Shown here: positions 61,171 through 64,000 of the stretch, in pieces
Layout of the letters: each line of letters opens with the position of its first letter
How positions within the stretch are numbered: the stretch's first letter is position 1
Source of the DNA: Amphiscolops sp. MND2022
Lineage: Eukaryota
NCBI GenBank assembly: GCA_964187785.1
Contig: OZ076419.1
Coordinates: 36,394,001-36,458,000, forward strand
DNA: 64,000 nt
Direction: 5' to 3'
Program-made: the position numbers and the translations under genes
The notes under the pieces: generated by a model
Told to the model about the DNA's origin: nothing
Databases searched by the model: none
What the model saw: only the letters and a program-made list of their open reading frames with translations

Positions 61171-64000
61171 TGTTGCCAATGAAAACTTTCTATCTGCCGT
61201 GCACATTTTTAGGCAAAATCAACGTATAGATTAAAGCTTAGTGGAAGAACTAGTAGATTAAAGCTCAGATGAAAACTGTCTGTGTCTTTAGAGTAAATTG
61301 GTATGTATAGAGGCGTTTTTTCTTCTGATTGATTAAACAGCACGCAAACTTCAAACCGCTATACGTCTAGAAATGTAGAGGTTAGTAAGAAGGTCGTATC
61401 AAGATCCTAGAAAGGTGGAATTGAAAATGTTAAAAACAATTAGAAACCTTTTTTGTATGACAATCGATAGGGAAGATTATACCACGTTCAGTGCGGACAT
61501 TTGCAGTAAAAGTGTTTTCGAATTACCAAAATGTTCAAAGTGGTCAAGCTAAAACTGATCGAGTGGTAATTACAGAAAACACAGCAATCAGAAGGTGCAA
61601 TATTACATCTGTTGTAATGTCTAATTACAAGAATTTAGTTTGTGACAAAACTGTATTTTCTATCTATATCAAGCGCACTGAGCTGCAAATAAAATATAAA
61701 CTAGAATGAGATGTTAACAGGTACTTGAGACTAATTATATAGATTAAATAGCGTCTCATAGTTTGTCCTCTATATTCTTCTCATTCTTCATTCCCCTCTA
61801 TATGATTGGATAGTTGTTGTCCAATTGGGGGTCCGAGTTTTGTTTGTGGGCGGTAGGCAGACCCAAGCTTTGTGTTGCCATGGTTTCTCCGGTCGCGTCA
61901 TATGGTATGGTCCAGTCGTTTTGAAATTCTTCCGGACAGGCTTGTTGTTTGGATGTCTTCACTCGTTGGTTGGGCTCGCTTCTTGGTTGAGCCTTTTGAC
62001 GGTATTTCCTGTAATCAGAAGGTACTGGATTATTTAGTCTAAATAATTTTGTTAAACGTTTTGATCTACGTAGATTGTGTTCTTTTGTTTCTTGTTCTAT
62101 TTCAGTACTCGAACTAAGATTGCTCAACAGTTCTAGTTCGGAATTTTTTAGTTCATCTTCTTCTTCCTCGCCTCTTTTGGGGGTTTTTGTAACATAATGT
62201 GAGACCTTACCAATAGGGTCTTTGAGATGTATTTTTGTATCCGCTTCCCAAGCGTCTTCAATAGCGCAGTCGACAGTTTCGGTGGTCATGTTTTCCGTCA
62301 CTGTTGTCATTGGATCAAACGTGGTTTATGGTTGGACCGTTTGTGGTGATCCCCCGAGTGAGGCCGAACCTAATCGGTTTCTGATTAGTTTAAAGGGGCG
62401 TCCTCTTCCCAGAATACCGCTTTTCTTGGGGGTGACTGCTACCGGTGATTCCGGTTCCGTGTCTTCGGATTCGCTGTCCGAGTCGTGTATGGTGAAGGTC
62501 CGGGGTGATTCTGTGAATCGGCCAACCGGTCTACGGGGCCCAGTTCCTGTTGTTGGGTTTCTGTGCAATTTCAGAGATTGGTTTACTTTTAATTTTTCTA
62601 TGTAAAATTCTATTATCGGCCTTTGTGACGGTATGATTTGTACCCGATAGAGCTAATTGGGTTTTTCCGAATAAGCGCTACCAAATTTCGGTTTTGTTAC
62701 TTTTTTTCGTGAAAAAGGAAGGGGTAGTTACTAACTCTTTTCGCTCCTTTCTTCTGTTTCATCGGTAGCTGGTCAGAGACACCGCCAGCTCCGTTGAATG
62801 AGTACACCTGTAAAGTGTCTGGTTTAGCTGAAATACACGTTTGTGTTAGTTTTTTCAACGCGTCAATGTTTATTAAGTTGCTGATCCCTGTGTTTGGTTC
62901 ACGACCGTGGTGTAATTCAAATGCGGATTTATTTAGTCTTGTGTGGGGTGTTTCTCGCATTACATCTCAGGCCATGTCTAAAGCTTTTCCGCTTTTATGT
63001 TGGTTAACAGAATTTCTTTCAATGTTCGTACGCCCCGTTCCACCAGTCCGGCGGGAGTATGTATGTACGGTGTTCCGTATATCAATTTTATTCGGTGTTC
63101 TTCACAGAATTCTCTAAATGATCAGCTTGTGAAAGCGGTTGTCTTATCCGTTCTGATTTATTTCGGTATGCCGTATAAAATTATGTATTGTTCTAAAAAA
63201 TTTACTGTTGTTTGGCTTTCCGTTGATTTACAGAAGCTAGCCGCGGGCCATTTACAGAACCGGTCCAAAGAAAGTGAAATGCAAAATCTACGGTTCTTTT
63301 CGGTAAATGGACCGATGAAGTCCAATTGTATTTCTTCGTTTGGTTTGTTTAGCGGTGGTAATTGATTTTTTTCTCGTACTAGGTATGTTAGGTTTGATGT
63401 TCTTACCGGCCATTTTGCAGGGGGACATAGTTGCCACATTTCTTTTGAATGGCTCCGGTAATCCGGGGCCACCAGAAATGTCTTGCTGCCATTGACATTT
63501 TGTTTATTGCTGGGTGTCCCTTGTGTAGGAGGCTGATGACCGTCGTTCTTAGATTTTTCGGAACGTTAATTTTGTCTTCGTAAAAGACCAGTCCATATCT
63601 TGAAGATGGTTTCTTCTTGTATTTGGAGTAATCTTCATGGATGTAATCAGGTTGTTGTCGTTCAAGACATACCAGTGTTTTGAGCAGGCTCGGATTGTTA
63701 GTGGTTTCCGTCATCAGTAAATGTAGATCGGTTGCGATTTGTTGTTCAGTTTCCCTGACGGCATTTCCCAAGTCCCAGTTGTTTTGTTCGATGGCGTCTA
63801 CTTTGGGTGTGTGTCCCATTTTTATATACTGGACACGTTTTACGCCCACGTATTTGGCCCAGTTGATTGCCGGGACGTCTAGTACCGACGGGTTTTGTTC
63901 TGATTCCGATCCAATTTCGCCTTCCTCTATCGGTGTACATTGTTGTTGTCTCGGTGGCGGTGTGTTGTCGTTTTCTGTCAGAGTCTGTTGGCGTCGTGGA
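61171..64000 (-). mobile_element. 3' part of another degraded Gypsy element: integrase fragments, PPT (61791-61800) and probable 3' LTR (~61171-61790)
   Basis: LLHKGHPAINKM..RHFWWPRI..KC (HHCC) and PNEEIQLDFIGP..DRFCKWP (core) lie in broken frames. On the minus strand TAGAGGGGAA is followed by TGAAGAATG. The distal LTR end (TGTTGCC at 61171) is a guess. Confidence 0.8.

Noticed and set aside
60810-61229. Second gag gene
   Set aside because: Only the LTR-encoded N-terminus duplicated in the 3' LTR; it runs into unrelated flank after 61152.

Overview
AT-rich eukaryotic (animal-like, intron-containing) DNA made almost entirely of nested transposable elements. There are no prokaryotic operons, rRNA, tRNA or CRISPR arrays. 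In order: (1) the 5' LTR and truncated gag of a minus-strand Ty3/Gypsy element (1-2.3 kb); (2) a decayed integrase remnant; (3) a decaying multi-exon trypsin-like serine protease gene (5.4-6.7 kb); (4) a heavily degraded Gypsy element (7.4-14.4 kb); (5) a perfect 71-bp palindrome; (6) a candidate ~22.6-kb DNA transposon (14.6-37.3 kb) with imperfect inverted ends. Element 6 encodes an intron-containing RAG1/Transib-like DDE transposase with a BRCT-like tail, two paralogous zinc-finger/JmjC/ELM2 genes and a SET8-like methyltransferase gene, and is peppered with roughly 30 copies of a 17-bp motif; this copy carries frameshifts and stops. Then come (7) a 2311-bp near-perfect tandem duplication and an assembly gap; (8) a nearly intact 15.6-kb Gypsy element (45511-61152) with 2-kb LTRs, a -1 frameshift gag-pol and a five-exon antisense gene whose product looks like a catalytically dead hAT transposase; and (9) the 3' end of another Gypsy element. 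The two best novelty candidates are the chromatin-modifier-carrying RAG-like transposon and the spliced antisense gene in the LTR element. All family assignments come from motifs recognised by eye, not from database searches.
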